In this document: one piece after another, positions 37,687 through 48,782 of the stretch
Numbering within the stretch: the stretch's first letter is position 1
How the letters are laid out: each line of letters begins with the position of its first letter
Sequence record: SRR22947727_1950
Length of the DNA stretch: 57,763 nt
Direction: 5' to 3' (one strand)
The notes under the pieces: generated by a model
What the model saw: only the letters and a program-made list of their open reading frames with translations
Told to the model about the DNA's origin: nothing
Database searches by the model: none
Program-made: the position numbers and the translations under genes

Positions 37687-38573
37687 GCTCTCGCGGAACT
37701 CTTCGCGCGGTCTTCTTCGCACAAAAACTCCTGTTCTGAGCACTCGTCACAGACAACTGACTCAACAGTGCACGAGAGACTCGAACAGTTTTGCATCCGC
37801 GAGGAGCGTGCTCCGCACAGAACACACTGACCAATGACTGCCGGATTGGATGAAAACGTCACCGCCTTGCGGTTGTCAAAAACGTAGAGGGAGCCTTCCC
37901 AGAGTCCCGAGTCTCCAAACTTTTCTCCGTAGCGAACAATCCCTCCTTCCATTTGGTAAACCTCCTGGAAGCCACGCTTGATCATCATGGCGGAGAGCAC
38001 TTCACACCGGACACCGCCGGTGCAATAGGTCACCACGGGTTGATCTTTGAGGTGGTCATATTTTCCGCTCTCGATTTCCCGCACAAAATCATGCGAGGTG
38101 CGAGTGTCAGGGACAATGGCGTCCTTGAACCTGCCGATATCTGCTTCCCATTTGTTGCGACCGTCAAAGAAGGTGACCGGCTTAGTCTCGACTAGTTCAT
38201 GCAGTTGCTCCGGGCTCAAGTGTTGCCCACCGCCTGTGACGCCGTGATCCCCCACCACAACTTCCTCAGGGGCCCCGAACCCGACCAATTCATCTCGAAC
38301 GCGGACGCTCAACCTCGGAAAATCCTCAGGGCCACTACCCTCGCTCCATTTGAAATCGATGTCGCGAAAAGCGGGATATTCTCTGGTTTTTCGCCAGTAC
38401 TTTTTGACTGCACTCAGCTCGCCGCCGACCGTGCCATTGATGCCATGAGGCGCAATGATGATGCGACCGCCCAAGCCCAACGACTCGCATACATCGCGCT
38501 GCCACAGGCGAATGGCATCAGGATCTGCCAACGGAGTGAAGCAGTAGTAGAGCAGAACCTTGTAGAGCGCCAT
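37683..38573 (-). CDS. trhO: Rhodanese-related tRNA U34 hydroxylase (TrhO/YceA family)
   Basis: GINGT, DGRNKWE…[31 protein letters not shown] at 38573. Confidence 0.88.
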   Translation of the reverse strand: MALYKVLLYYCFTPLADPDAIRLWQRDVCESLGLGGRIIIAPHGINGTVGGELSAVKKYWRKTREYPAFRDIDFKWSEGSGPEDFPRLSVRVRDELVGFGAPEEVVVGDHGVTGGGQHLSPEQLHELVETKPVTFFDGRNKWEADIGRFKDAIVPDTRTSHDFVREIESGKYDHLKDQPVVTYCTGGVRCEVLSAMMIKRGFQEVYQMEGGIVRYGEKFGDSGLWEGSLYVFDNRKAVTFSSNPAVIGQCVLCGARSSRMQNCSSLSCTVESVVCDECSEQEFLCEEDRAKSSARA

Positions 38574-38596
38574 AGTCTCAATCCTGGGGCAAAAAC

Positions 38597-38686
38597 TGGC
38601 GGTACCGGTGGGATTTGAACCCACGGTGGGCTTTCACCCACACAACTTTTCGAGAGTTGCACCTTCGGCCGCTCGGACACGGTACC
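38597..38686 (-). tRNA. tRNA-Ser(CGA)
   Basis: GGTACCG/CGGTACC acceptor stem, CT-CGA-AA loop, long variable arm, GGTTCAAATCC, encoded CCA. Confidence 0.96.
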
Positions 38687-38755
38687 GCCCGCTAGTTTAC
38701 ACAGACACCCATCCCGCCTTCAGCCCCGGTCAGTGGGGAGCTTTAGGCTCTAAGC

Positions 38756-40108
38756 ATGGCCAAGACCGAGTCCCCCTATCGCTGCGATGAATGCGGATGG
38801 ACCACCCTCAAATGGGTGGGGCGCTGTGGTGAGTGCCAGGCCTGGGGAACTGTCATCGAGGTCGGAGCTCCCACGAGCGCGTCGCGACAAGCGGTCGCTG
38901 TTGTTCCCAGTGCCGAGCGGATAGCAAGACCGATCACGGAACACTCCGGGAACGAAAGTGGTCACGTGCCCACCGGGGTGGGGGAATTTGATCGGGTTCT
39001 CGGTGGTGGCATTGTGCCAGGTGCCGTCATTTTGCTCTCCGGCGAACCAGGGGTTGGGAAATCCACACTTCTGCTGGATGTGGCTGCCAAAGCTGCTCAG
39101 GGTGGGAAGAAAGTTCTCTACGTCAGTGCGGAAGAGTCGGCAGGCCAGGTGTACTTGCGCGCGTCTCGCACCAACGGCCTCGACGACAATCTTTTCCTTG
39201 CCAACGAGACAGACCTCGGCGGTGTACTAGGACACATTGATCAGGTGCAGCCGGAGCTCATGATTGTCGACTCCATTCAGACCGTGTCCTCTGGCGTCTT
39301 GGAGAGTTCAGCTGGTGGAGTCGCTCAAGTCAGGGAAGTTGCTGCGACCCTCATCAGGGTCGCGAAGAACTCCCATTTGCCGATCATTCTGGTGGGGCAC
39401 GTCACCAAAGATGGACAAGTAGCTGGTCCCAGGACTCTCGAGCACTTGGTTGATGTCGTCTGCCACTTTGAAGGAGACCGGCAGACCTCGTTGCGCTTTG
39501 TGCGGGCGCTGAAGAACAGATTTGGTCCGACCGACGAAGTGGGCTGCTTCGAGATGAGCGGGGAAGGCATCCTGGAAGTGCCAGACCCCAGCTCTCTGTT
39601 TCGCTCTCACACCACCAAGGCAGTCAGCGGGACCTGCACCACCATTGCCCTCGAAGGACGCCGGGCCCTGCCCGTCGAAATCCAGGCGCTCGTCGTACCA
39701 AGCACCGCAGCCCAACCCCGTCGCGTCGTCAATGGTGTGGAGTCCTCGAGAGTGGCGATGATTCTGGCTGTTCTGGAGCGCCGGGCCGGCTTACCTGTCT
39801 CCTCAGCAGATGTCTATGTATCGACAGTCGGTGGCATCAAGGTCTACGAACCAGCCACAGATTTAGCCATCGCGTTAGCAATCGCCAGTGCCACAAAAGA
39901 CATCCCGCTTTCTCAAGAGATGGCAGCAATTGGAGAGATTAGCCTCGCCGGCGAAATACGCGCTGTCACCCAAGCACCGCAGAGGGCTTCGGAAGCCTCT
40001 CGGTTGGGCTTTACGTCGGTGCTCGATCACACCACGCCGAGTATTCATGAAGCCATCACCAGAGCGTTCTCGGGAAGCCCGAAGAAGCAGAAAGAGCCGA
40101 CCTTTTAG
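38756..40108 (+). CDS. radA: DNA repair protein RadA/Sms
   Basis: N-terminal C4 zinc finger, GEPGVGKST, KNRFG. Confidence 0.97.
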   Translation: MAKTESPYRCDECGWTTLKWVGRCGECQAWGTVIEVGAPTSASRQAVAVVPSAERIARPITEHSGNESGHVPTGVGEFDRVLGGGIVPGAVILLSGEPGVGKSTLLLDVAAKAAQGGKKVLYVSAEESAGQVYLRASRTNGLDDNLFLANETDLGGVLGHIDQVQPELMIVDSIQTVSSGVLESSAGGVAQVREVAATLIRVAKNSHLPIILVGHVTKDGQVAGPRTLEHLVDVVCHFEGDRQTSLRFVRALKNRFGPTDEVGCFEMSGEGILEVPDPSSLFRSHTTKAVSGTCTTIALEGRRALPVEIQALVVPSTAAQPRRVVNGVESSRVAMILAVLERRAGLPVSSADVYVSTVGGIKVYEPATDLAIALAIASATKDIPLSQEMAAIGEISLAGEIRAVTQAPQRASEASRLGFTSVLDHTTPSIHEAITRAFSGSPKKQKEPTF

Positions 40109-40683
40109 TTCAGAAGGAACTGCTTGGTCTCGGCGGATTCCAAGCTGCCCAGCTCAACCGAGAGGTGATAGCTCGCGCCACCTGCTGGCATCACGGGGCG
40201 TTCACCATCACACGTGTCGGGTGTCGACCGGGTGCGATCCCAGGGAATAGAGGAGGTCTCTTGCTCTGAACCGGGAGCGAGAGTGAGCTCATACGGAACA
40301 GCGTCGGTCTGACAGTCATCTGAGGACCAGATGAGGTCGGGTCCAGAGGAAATCACATACTTTTGCACGTCTGTTCCTGCGTTCACCTTGCACTCCACCG
40401 ACGACACGTTCTTCACGCCCATCCACAGCTGGGGGTTCATTCCTGAGTCATAACTGGACTGATCGGTGCGAGCGGTGATTTCGAGCTGACTGGGGAGGCA
40501 GTTGGGTACTTCAACGACCGCAAGCTCTTCAGTGACCTCTTCCACGGGCTCCGCAGTAGTGCCAAAACCAGGGCGCACGACAATCAGCACGATGACGGCG
40601 ATGACCCCGAGTAGGCCACCGAGCACCACGAGTCTCCTCCTCCAGTAGACCGAGGAGGGGAGGGGGCGTTGAGCCTGTGACAT
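40105..40683 (-). CDS. Conserved actinobacterial membrane-anchored protein
   Basis: PSSVYWRRR followed by a TM helix; IWSSDDCQ. Confidence 0.8.
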   Translation of the reverse strand: MSQAQRPLPSSVYWRRRLVVLGGLLGVIAVIVLIVVRPGFGTTAEPVEEVTEELAVVEVPNCLPSQLEITARTDQSSYDSGMNPQLWMGVKNVSSVECKVNAGTDVQKYVISSGPDLIWSSDDCQTDAVPYELTLAPGSEQETSSIPWDRTRSTPDTCDGERPVMPAGGASYHLSVELGSLESAETKQFLLN

Positions 40684-40752
40684 AGCCCTAGGGTACGACT
40701 GGAGTGGTGAAAACTCAGGCCTTAGCGCCGGCGAGCCTAGGAACTTACAGGT

Positions 40753-41268
40753 TTAGCCAAGGTCTTTCACCAAACGGGAATTACCCAGCGTGTTGGGCTT
40801 AACCCTGGCCAGATCGAGGAACTCCGCAACACCTTCATCGGGCGAGCGCACCAACTCCACGTAGATCTCGGGATCCACAATCTGGTCATCTTGGAGATGG
40901 AAACCGTTGCGTCGGAAGAATTCCACCTCGAAGGTCAGACAGAAGAGCGTGTCCAGTCCGAGCTCTCGAGCTTGCTCTTCAAGAGCTCCCACCAGTGCTG
41001 TGCCAATTCCTTCCCCTAGATGGTCAGGAGACACGGCCAACGTCCTGATTTCTCCCAGGTTTTCCCAAAAAACGTGCAAAGCACCGCATCCCACAACGTC
41101 CCCAGAAGGGGTGGCTGCCACGGTGAACTCTTGGACTGCTTCATAGAGCACCACGAGGTCCTTGCCCAGAAGCACACGTGCTTCGACCAGGGGTTCGATC
41201 AGAGCGGCGATGGCACGGATATCCGACGTGCGCGCACGTCGAATTGTCCACTTCTGAGCCTGGGTCAC
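40753..41268 (-). CDS. argA: Short GNAT amino-acid N-acetyltransferase (ArgA-like)
   Basis: GCGALHVFWENLGEIRTLAV, FCLTFEVEFF, EFLDLARVKPNTLGN. Confidence 0.85.
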   Translation of the reverse strand: MTQAQKWTIRRARTSDIRAIAALIEPLVEARVLLGKDLVVLYEAVQEFTVAATPSGDVVGCGALHVFWENLGEIRTLAVSPDHLGEGIGTALVGALEEQARELGLDTLFCLTFEVEFFRRNGFHLQDDQIVDPEIYVELVRSPDEGVAEFLDLARVKPNTLGNSRLVKDLG

Positions 41269-41284
41269 CAGGAAAGCGTAGCGC

Positions 41285-43762
41285 TTAGGACTCGAGCACT
41301 CCGGCTTCCAGTGGCTCCGCTTCACGCTTCTTACTCACAAAGGTGAACTCGGTGCCATCGAAGTCGACGGTGATGTGCTCGCCAGGGTTCAATTCGCCCT
41401 GGAGGATGCGCTCACTCAACGGGTCCTCGATGCTTTGCTGGACTGCTCGACGCAGTGGGCGTGCCCCCATGGTCGGATCCCAGCCAAGAACAATCAACTG
41501 CTTCTTGGCCTCATCGGAGACACTCATCGTCATATCGCGATCCAGCAGGCGGTCACCGAGTCGCTTGATGAAGAGGTGCACAATCTCCATCAGTTCGTCC
41601 TGGTTCAGCTGCGGGAAGACGATGGTCTCATCCACACGGTTGAGGAACTCGGGCTTGAAGTTCTTCTTCAGCTCCTCCACAACCTTGGCGCGCATCGACT
41701 GGTAGCTAGCCTCCGTGTCACCCTCCACCGTGAAGCCCACCGGACCACCGGTGATGTCCTTGGTTCCCAGGTTCGTGGTCATGATGATCACGGTGTTCTT
41801 GAAGTCCACCACACGACCCTGGCCATCGGTCAGGCGACCCTCCTCCAGCACCTGCAACAGAGAGTTGAAAATGTCGGGGTGTGCCTTTTCGATCTCGTCA
41901 AAGAGCACAACACTGAAGGGCTTACGACGAACTTTCTCCGTCAACTGCCCACCGTCTTCGAATCCGACGAATCCGGGAGGAGCACCGAACAGGCGCGAAA
42001 CGGTGTGCTTTTCACCGAACTCGGACATGTCCAAAGCAATCAGGGCGTCTTCGTCATCAAAGAGGAACTCCGCCAGAGCCTTGGCCAGCTCAGTCTTTCC
42101 CACACCAGTGGGGCCGGCGAAGATGAAGGAACCGCTGGGACGCTTCGGGTCTTTCAGACCCGCGCGAGTCCGGCGAATGGTCTTGGAGAGAACAGAGATC
42201 GCCTGTTCTTGACCGATCACACGCTGGTGAAGAGCCTTCTCCATGAACATGAGGCGTGCAGTCTCTTCTTCGGTGAGCTTGAAGACAGGGATGCCGGTTG
42301 CTGCGGCCAGAACCTCGGCAATGACGCCCTCATCAACGACCCCGGTGCCACCGGCCTCGCCACTGCGCCACTTCTTTTCCAGCTGCAGACGCTCGCCCAG
42401 GAGACTCTTCTCCTCATCGCGCAGCGATGCTGCCTTCTCAAAGTCTTGACCTTCGATGGCTGCTTCCTTACGAGAGCGGACGTCGGCAATCTTCTCGTCG
42501 AACTCCCGGAGCTCGGGAGGGCTCGAGAGGATGGACAGGCGAAGACGTGCTCCGGCCTCATCAATCAAGTCGATGGCCTTGTCCGGCAGGAAACGATCCT
42601 GGACGTAACGGTCAGAAAGGTTCACGGCTGCCTCGATGGCACCATCGGTGATCGACACTCTGTGGAATGCCTCGTACTTGTCGCGCAAACCCTTCAAGAT
42701 GTTGATGGTGTGAGCAGGACTGGGCTGGTGAACCTGAACCGACTGGAAGCGACGCTCCAGAGCGGCGTCCTTCTCGAAGTGTTTGCGGTACTCATCCAAG
42801 GTGGTGGCGCCCACAGTCTGGAGCTCACCACGAGCCAACAGAGGCTTCAGGATGCTGGCAGCGTCGATGGCGCCCTCAGCGGCTCCCGCACCCACCAGGG
42901 TGTGGATCTCATCGATGAAGACGATGATGTCACCACGGGTGCGAATCTCTTTCGTGACCTTCTTCAAACGCTCTTCAAAGTCACCGCGGTAGCGCGAACC
43001 GGCAATTAGGGAGCCGAGATCCAGCGAGTAGAGCTGCTTGTCCTTCAGCGTCTCCGGAACGTCGCCCTTCACGATTGCTTGAGCGAGACCCTCCACAACA
43101 GCGGTCTTTCCCACACCGGGCTCACCCACCAGAACAGGGTTGTTTTTCGAGCGACGAGACAGGATCTGCATGACCCGCTCCATCTCACGCTCGCGACCAA
43201 TGACGGGGTCAAGCTTTCCTTCACGGGCTGCTTGAGTCAGGTTGCGGCCGAACTGGTCCAAAACCTGTGAACCCTTGTCGCTACCGCCGGTCTCCGAGCC
43301 ACCCACCGATACGGGGTCTTTGCCCTGGTATCCCGAGAGCAATTGAATGACTTGCTGGCGAACACGGTTCAAATCCGCACCCAGCTTCACGAGAACCTGA
43401 GCGGCAACGCCTTCGCCTTCACGAATCAGGCCGAGCAGGATGTGCTCGGTGCCGATGTAGTTGTGTCCCAGCTGGAGTGCCTCTCGGAGGCTCAACTCCA
43501 AAACCTTCTTCGCGCGAGGAGTGAAAGGAATGTGTCCGGTGGGGGCCTGCTGACCCTGACCGATAATCTCCTGCACCTGCTCGCGGACAGCTTCGAGCGA
43601 GATCTCGAGTGACTCCAGCGCTTTAGCGGCGACACCCTCACCCTCGTGGATGAGACCCAGGAGGATGTGCTCAGTGCCGATGTAGTTGTGGTTCAGCATC
43701 TTGGCTTCTTCTTGCGCCAAGACCACGACTCGGCGTGCCCGGTCGGTAAACCTCTCAAACAT
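41285..43762 (-). CDS. clpC: ATP-dependent Clp protease ATPase subunit ClpC1
   Basis: [20 protein letters not shown]; two AAA+ Walker A motifs ([16 protein letters not shown]). Confidence 0.98.
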   Translation of the reverse strand: MFERFTDRARRVVVLAQEEAKMLNHNYIGTEHILLGLIHEGEGVAAKALESLEISLEAVREQVQEIIGQGQQAPTGHIPFTPRAKKVLELSLREALQLGHNYIGTEHILLGLIREGEGVAAQVLVKLGADLNRVRQQVIQLLSGYQGKDPVSVGGSETGGSDKGSQVLDQFGRNLTQAAREGKLDPVIGREREMERVMQILSRRSKNNPVLVGEPGVGKTAVVEGLAQAIVKGDVPETLKDKQLYSLDLGSLIAGSRYRGDFEERLKKVTKEIRTRGDIIVFIDEIHTLVGAGAAEGAIDAASILKPLLARGELQTVGATTLDEYRKHFEKDAALERRFQSVQVHQPSPAHTINILKGLRDKYEAFHRVSITDGAIEAAVNLSDRYVQDRFLPDKAIDLIDEAGARLRLSILSSPPELREFDEKIADVRSRKEAAIEGQDFEKAASLRDEEKSLLGERLQLEKKWRSGEAGGTGVVDEGVIAEVLAAATGIPVFKLTEEETARLMFMEKALHQRVIGQEQAISVLSKTIRRTRAGLKDPKRPSGSFIFAGPTGVGKTELAKALAEFLFDDEDALIALDMSEFGEKHTVSRLFGAPPGFVGFEDGGQLTEKVRRKPFSVVLFDEIEKAHPDIFNSLLQVLEEGRLTDGQGRVVDFKNTVIIMTTNLGTKDITGGPVGFTVEGDTEASYQSMRAKVVEELKKNFKPEFLNRVDETIVFPQLNQDELMEIVHLFIKRLGDRLLDRDMTMSVSDEAKKQLIVLGWDPTMGARPLRRAVQQSIEDPLSERILQGELNPGEHITVDFDGTEFTFVSKKREAEPLEAGVLES

Positions 43763-43811
43763 CTTCATCACTCCTTTACGGCGAGAGTCCTCGCCAATGC
43801 TCGTGAACACG

Positions 43812-43861
43812 AGAATAAGCGCTCGCCCTCGTCCATGGGGCGGTGTTCGCCCCTAGCGTGA
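43812..43861 (-). promoter_or_regulatory. clpC promoter with ClgR-like operator
   Basis: GTTCGC-N5-GCG at 43845-43858; -10 TATTCT at 43812-43817. Confidence 0.65.
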
Positions 43862-43903
43862 GATGTCAGCAAACCTGAGGTTTCTCCCCATAAACTTCGA
43901 GCC

Positions 43904-44011
43904 GTGGCTCCTTCTTCCAAAAAGTCGGCGCTCCCCCCTGCCAGGGTGGGGCTTCTGATCATGATGGGCGGGATTGCCGTAACCGTCGCGCTTGGCGCGC
44001 TTCTGAGCTAG
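43904..44011 (+). CDS. Putative 35-aa single-TM small protein
   Basis: MAPSSKKSALPPARVGLLIMMGGIAVTVALGALLS*; TAAACT 7 nt before the GTG. Confidence 0.5.
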   Translation: MAPSSKKSALPPARVGLLIMMGGIAVTVALGALLS

Positions 44012-44020
44012 GACAACAGG

Positions 44021-44197
44021 ATGATTGAAAACTTTTGGGCCAACGCACTGTTCTCCGTGACGCCCACCATCCTGATCGGCCTCATCTTCTGGTTCATTAT
44101 GCGCGCGATTCTCTCTGCCGATCGCGGCGAGCGCGAGTCCTACAAGAAGCTCGAGCGGGAAGAACGCGCGAAGCGCGGTCTACCAGTCGACGACTAA
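44021..44197 (+). CDS. 58-aa small membrane protein
   Basis: MIENFWANALFSVTPTILIGLIFWFIMRAILSADRGERESYKKLEREERAKRGLPVDD*; TM helix plus charged tail. Confidence 0.8.
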   Translation: MIENFWANALFSVTPTILIGLIFWFIMRAILSADRGERESYKKLEREERAKRGLPVDD

Positions 44198-45696
44198 GTC
44201 GATTTCACCAGCGGGAACAGGACCGTTTCCCGAATTCCCAGGCCGGTAATCGCCATTAGAAGGCGATCAATTCCCATGCCCATTCCTCCCGTAGGAGGCA
44301 TTCCGTGCTCGAGGGCGCGGAGAAAGTCTTCATCCACCTTCATTGCCTCGAGGTCACCCTTGGCGCCAAGTTTTGCTTGCTCGAGGAACCTCTCGCGCTG
44401 AATGACGGGGTCGACAAGTTCGGAATATCCGGTTGCCAGCTCAAAACCGCGGACATACAGGTCCCATTTCTCCACCACACCGGAAACCGAGCGGTGAGCC
44501 CGAACTAGAGGAGACGTGTCTAGGGGGTAATCCATAACAAACGTGGGAGTAGTGAGGGACTCCTTGACGAAGTGCTCCCACAGCTCCTCGACATATTTAC
44601 CGGGGGTGGGCTGAGCAACCTCAATCCCAACCTTCTGCGCCATCGACTCTAGGTCGGACAGTGAGGTGTCCGGGGTTATGCGTGTGCCACTGGCGTCGCT
44701 GAGGCTCTCGTACAGACTCAGGCGATCCCACTGGCCACCCAGGTCATACTCAGTTCCATCAGCCCAAGTAACCGTGGTGGAGCCAGCCACGGCAAGCGCC
44801 GCCTTCTGAATGAGCTCCTGGGTCAGATCCGCCATCTGGTGGTAGTCCCCGTAGGCCTGATACGCCTCGAGCATCGCAAACTCTGGGCTGTGAGTGGAGT
44901 CAGCCCCTTCGTTGCGGAAGTTGCGGTTGATTTCGAATACTCGCTCGATTCCGCCGACCACTGCCCGCTTGAGGTAGAGCTCGGGAGCAATTCGCAGGAA
45001 AAGGTCAGTACTAAACGCGTTGGAATGGGTGATGAAGGGTCGCGCGGAGGCCCCACCGTGCTGAACCTGCAGCATCGGGGTTTCCACTTCGAGGTATTCG
45101 TGCTCACCAAACGTGGAGCGAAGCGACGCATTGACCTGTGCGCGGGCGCGCACCGTCTCGCGAGCTTGCTCGCGCACGATCAGATCCAGGTAGCGCTGGC
45201 GAACTCGGGTTTCTTCGTTGAGCTCGCTGTGCAGGTTGGGCAGTGGCATGAGTGCTTTGGCGGCAATGGCCCACTGCGACACCATGATGGAGAGCTCACC
45301 GCGTTTGGAGGCAATAACTTCACCTGACACAAAGACATGGTCGCCAAGGTCAACGAGGTCTTTCAGGAGCTCAAAGGACTCTTCGCCTACCTCGCCGAAG
45401 GAGACCATGGCTTGGAGGCGCTCCCCAGATCCCTCTTGCAGGGAGAGGAAGGCAAGCTTTCCGGTAACTCTCATATGGACCACTCGCCCGGCAATCCCGA
45501 CAACCTCGCCAGTGGCGGCCTCGGGCTCTAAATCGGGGTGAGCGTCTCGAACAGCAGAGATAGTGGTCGTTACCGGGACCGCGACAGGGAAAGGTTCCAG
45601 CCCTGCGGCCAGCATCTGCTCACGTTTGCCCAAACGAACGGCATGTTGTTCGTCAATATCGTCGACGTCTGGCTCGACGTGGGGGGCATCAGTCAT
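44194..45696 (-). CDS. lysS: Lysine--tRNA ligase (class II)
   Basis: LRIAPELYLKR, FRNEG, HSPEF, GMGIDRL. Confidence 0.98.
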   Translation of the reverse strand: MTDAPHVEPDVDDIDEQHAVRLGKREQMLAAGLEPFPVAVPVTTTISAVRDAHPDLEPEAATGEVVGIAGRVVHMRVTGKLAFLSLQEGSGERLQAMVSFGEVGEESFELLKDLVDLGDHVFVSGEVIASKRGELSIMVSQWAIAAKALMPLPNLHSELNEETRVRQRYLDLIVREQARETVRARAQVNASLRSTFGEHEYLEVETPMLQVQHGGASARPFITHSNAFSTDLFLRIAPELYLKRAVVGGIERVFEINRNFRNEGADSTHSPEFAMLEAYQAYGDYHQMADLTQELIQKAALAVAGSTTVTWADGTEYDLGGQWDRLSLYESLSDASGTRITPDTSLSDLESMAQKVGIEVAQPTPGKYVEELWEHFVKESLTTPTFVMDYPLDTSPLVRAHRSVSGVVEKWDLYVRGFELATGYSELVDPVIQRERFLEQAKLGAKGDLEAMKVDEDFLRALEHGMPPTGGMGMGIDRLLMAITGLGIRETVLFPLVKST

Positions 45697-45737
45697 GAGT
45701 GTGAAATTCCTGCGTGGGGGCGCTGTACCCCGTTAGC

Positions 45738-46589
45738 CTACTGACCAAAGTGCAGAAGCTTGTTGTCTATTAGCCGCACGCCACCAATGGTGACGGCCAC
45801 GATCAGTCGGGCGGGCTCCCCCACTCCGGTATCTCCCCCGGGCTGAAAGGTGTCTGGATCGACCACCTCGACATAGTCAACCCCCACTCCAGGGGCGCTC
45901 TCCAGGATTTCTCGAGCACGATTGCGGGCGTCCATAGCGCTGGGCTGGTGGGAGGCCTCCTCCAGCGCCCTCGGAATCTCGAGCGCCTGAGCCAACGAAG
46001 TCTCACTCAACTGGGCATTCCGACTGGACAGGGCGAGACCGGAAGAATCTCGAACGGTGTCCACCTCCACTATGCGAAGTGGAAGCTTCTGATCCTGCAC
46101 CATCTGCTGAACCAGGAACAGTTGTTGGGCGTCTTTAGCGCCAAAGACAGCCACCTCGGGTTCTACATAATCGAACAGTCTTTTCACCACCGTGAGCACA
46201 CCATCAAAGTGTCCCGGTCGGGAGGTTCCCTCATAGGTGTCACCAACCCTGCCGGCGCTCAGGCTGGGTGCAGCATCGAGTCCTTCGGGATACATAACCT
46301 CAACAGTGGGTGCAAAAATCACGTCCACCACGGTGTCAGCGAGAAACGCTTCATCGGCGTGGAGCGACCGTGGATACTCCTCAAAGTCTTCGCCTGCGCC
46401 AAATTGCAGAGGGTTGACAAAAATACTGACCACACATCGATCCGCTTGACTAGTCGCCTCCACCACAAGAGCCTTGTGACCCTCGTGCAGGGAACCCATC
46501 GTGGGCACCAGCGCCACCGATTCTCCGGCGCTCCGCCAGGTTTCCCGAATCCCCTGGAGCTCCTCGAGTGAGTGGACGATGGCTGGCAT
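45738..46589 (-). CDS. panC: Pantoate--beta-alanine ligase
   Basis: PTMGSLHEGH, FVNPLQF, RPGHFDGV, ALSSRN, RLIDN. Confidence 0.96.
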   Translation of the reverse strand: MPAIVHSLEELQGIRETWRSAGESVALVPTMGSLHEGHKALVVEATSQADRCVVSIFVNPLQFGAGEDFEEYPRSLHADEAFLADTVVDVIFAPTVEVMYPEGLDAAPSLSAGRVGDTYEGTSRPGHFDGVLTVVKRLFDYVEPEVAVFGAKDAQQLFLVQQMVQDQKLPLRIVEVDTVRDSSGLALSSRNAQLSETSLAQALEIPRALEEASHQPSAMDARNRAREILESAPGVGVDYVEVVDPDTFQPGGDTGVGEPARLIVAVTIGGVRLIDNKLLHFGQ

Positions 46590-47296
46590 CAGGCCTCTCC
46601 CCCGAGTTCACGCTCATTTCCCGCAAACAACCGGAGAGCATTCTCAATGCTCGAGCTCACCAGGGGTTGCATGACAACGCCTGGATTATCAATTCCCGCA
46701 GCTTTCAGCCGGCTCGCCGCCTCGTGAATAGTGGTGTGCGAGAAGCTCGTGGCCAAGGCGATCGCCGAGGCGACCTGCGCTCGCTTGTCCTCTGCGACGA
46801 CCAGGGGCTCCATTCCCATTTCCACCGCGAGAGCGCTCGCAATGGGCTCCGCAACGGCTGGTGCACTGATCACACACCATGCTCCGGACATCCTGGAGAG
46901 ATCCATGCTGGTTCCGGTGAACTCCATCAAGGGGTGCAGGGCCAAGGGAATTGCTCCCTGTGCCCGGGCGCTATCCCACACATCGAGACCATGGGTAATG
47001 GAGGTGTGTAGGACCAATTGCCCTGTGTTCCACGCATTCTGGAGGCTGAGGCCCTCAATGAACCCCGGTAGCTCATGGTCCGGAAGAGCCACCACGACTA
47101 ACTCACTGCGCTCAATAATCTGCAGCGGATCGGCATAAACCACTCCGGGGAGAATCGCCTCCACTCGCTCCTGCCCGCTCTCTGAGGGCGGAGTGATCCC
47201 CACCAGAGAATGTCCTGCGCGCGACAGCGCGGCTGCAATCAAAGGACCCACTCGGCCGGCACCAATAATGCCTACTCCGAGCCTCGTGGAATTCAC
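46589..47296 (-). CDS. Rossmann-like + DUF2520 protein (PanG-type ketopantoate reductase candidate)
   Basis: GIIGAGRVG, LHTS, LALHPLMEFTG; coupled to panC. Confidence 0.82.
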   Translation of the reverse strand: MNSTRLGVGIIGAGRVGPLIAAALSRAGHSLVGITPPSESGQERVEAILPGVVYADPLQIIERSELVVVALPDHELPGFIEGLSLQNAWNTGQLVLHTSITHGLDVWDSARAQGAIPLALHPLMEFTGTSMDLSRMSGAWCVISAPAVAEPIASALAVEMGMEPLVVAEDKRAQVASAIALATSFSHTTIHEAASRLKAAGIDNPGVVMQPLVSSSIENALRLFAGNERELGGEA

Positions 47297-48780
47297 GCTG
47301 GTGTCCTCCGCCTTCGCCGTGTCGTCGTCGTGTCTCCAATGGCGCCCACGGTCAGCGCATGAACAGTGTCCCACCATCTCCAGGCGTCCTTGGTGTCAAG
47401 GCCCACAACACGAGTCGACACGGGTCCCTCCACGCTCTCCACTGCGAAGACGGAGAGGCCCAAAGCTCGATGCCAGGGTCCCTGAGAAACACTCGAGCTC
47501 TGAATTCGAGCCAAGGGGACAAGGGCCAGCTTGGTAATCCATCGGCCACTTCGCAGTGCGACAACCCCGCGAATCACCGCACTACCGGTCACGCCATAGC
47601 TCAACGGAATCCGAAAGCGTGCCCGCCGAGAGGCTCCGACATGAGACTCATCCTCCACGCCCGCTTCTGCCCAGTGCGCGTGGGGCTGTAGGAGAAGGGT
47701 GGTGACCTGAGCCATTGCGGACTCATCCTGAAGGCTCGGTAAGCACAGCTCCACCATCCGCACCATTTCGCGCGTAGTAGCCACGGGGAGTAACAGGGTG
47801 TGGGCGGGAGTCTTCTTGTTCGCAGAGCCCGGCGAGGACGCAAGGTTCGCATCGACCCTCCACCATCCTAAGAACTTCCACGGCCATGGCTGAGAGATTT
47901 GCAGGGCGTGAATCCGGGCGGGAGGAATGGTTTCCACGCTGGTGGAGAGCAATCCCAACGAGACTCGCACGTCGCCTTCAATCGAGTCGATGACAAAGTT
48001 CCCGACCCTCAAGAACCGATCGGCCAGGTACACGACATATCCAAAAACCACCGCAATCGGGCCCAGCCAGGCAGCGAGCTCGCCCGCGGTCAACGCTCCC
48101 ACCAACACCGCGATGAAGGCCGCACCAAAAAACACTGTCTCCACACTCACGACTAGCGATGCCAGGTATCGGAAAAGCGACACCTCGAGTTCTCGGGTGA
48201 TGACCTGAGGCTCAGGCTCGCTGTCATCATCACGGTGCCCCGGTGTCTGCAAGATTTCGCGCCGTACCGCTGTCGCCACACTGTAGGGGAGGTACGCGAG
48301 GACGACATTGGCATCGTTCCCGGCGGCCTGAATATCGAGCTTTGCAAGTCCCAACAGTCGAGGAATAAGTGGGCGCCTCACACCAATCGTGTTGATGCGG
48401 TCTCGCCGGGCATGGCGGGACGATTTTGCGAGGATGCCCTTCTTTACCTCGAGAACATCGTCATCCATGCGAACCAGATGGACTCGCCATTGAAGCCAAA
48501 AGACCAGTGCGGACACCACGACAACGACAACGGCGCCCAAAAAGATCAGGGCCAGTGAGTCAGCAATCAGAAAGGCGATTCCACCGCCCTCATCGTCATC
48601 CTCCACGCCCGCGAACTGGAGTATGGCTCGCAGGATGACAGTTTCCCAAAGCGCTGCAAACCCTGCTCCCAAGAGGCCCACAAGAACCACACCACCCTGA
48701 AGCAACGGTGTCAGCGGGTGTAGCCGAAACCACTCACCGCCTCGCAGATCCGCGGCGCTGCGCAGTACCGCAGCTGTCAT
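47293..48780 (-). CDS. Bacterial PH-domain membrane protein (YdbT-like)
   Basis: RLHPLTP; repeated bPH_2-type segments (RIHALQISQPW, RIQSSSVSQGP). Confidence 0.85.
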   Translation of the reverse strand: MTAAVLRSAADLRGGEWFRLHPLTPLLQGGVVLVGLLGAGFAALWETVILRAILQFAGVEDDDEGGGIAFLIADSLALIFLGAVVVVVVSALVFWLQWRVHLVRMDDDVLEVKKGILAKSSRHARRDRINTIGVRRPLIPRLLGLAKLDIQAAGNDANVVLAYLPYSVATAVRREILQTPGHRDDDSEPEPQVITRELEVSLFRYLASLVVSVETVFFGAAFIAVLVGALTAGELAAWLGPIAVVFGYVVYLADRFLRVGNFVIDSIEGDVRVSLGLLSTSVETIPPARIHALQISQPWPWKFLGWWRVDANLASSPGSANKKTPAHTLLLPVATTREMVRMVELCLPSLQDESAMAQVTTLLLQPHAHWAEAGVEDESHVGASRRARFRIPLSYGVTGSAVIRGVVALRSGRWITKLALVPLARIQSSSVSQGPWHRALGLSVFAVESVEGPVSTRVVGLDTKDAWRWWDTVHALTVGAIGDTTTTRRRRRTPA

Positions 48781-48782
48781 CG

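Noticed and set aside
38574-38686. tRNA-Ser as an integration site, or as substrate of the adjacent TrhO
   Set aside because: I saw no duplicated tRNA 3' end or integrase; the anticodon has C34, not the U34 that TrhO modifies.
41375-43009. 544-aa + strand ORF
   Set aside because: Antisense shadow of clpC caused by codon bias; the same applies to the ORFs opposite ftsH, ptsI and the photolyase.
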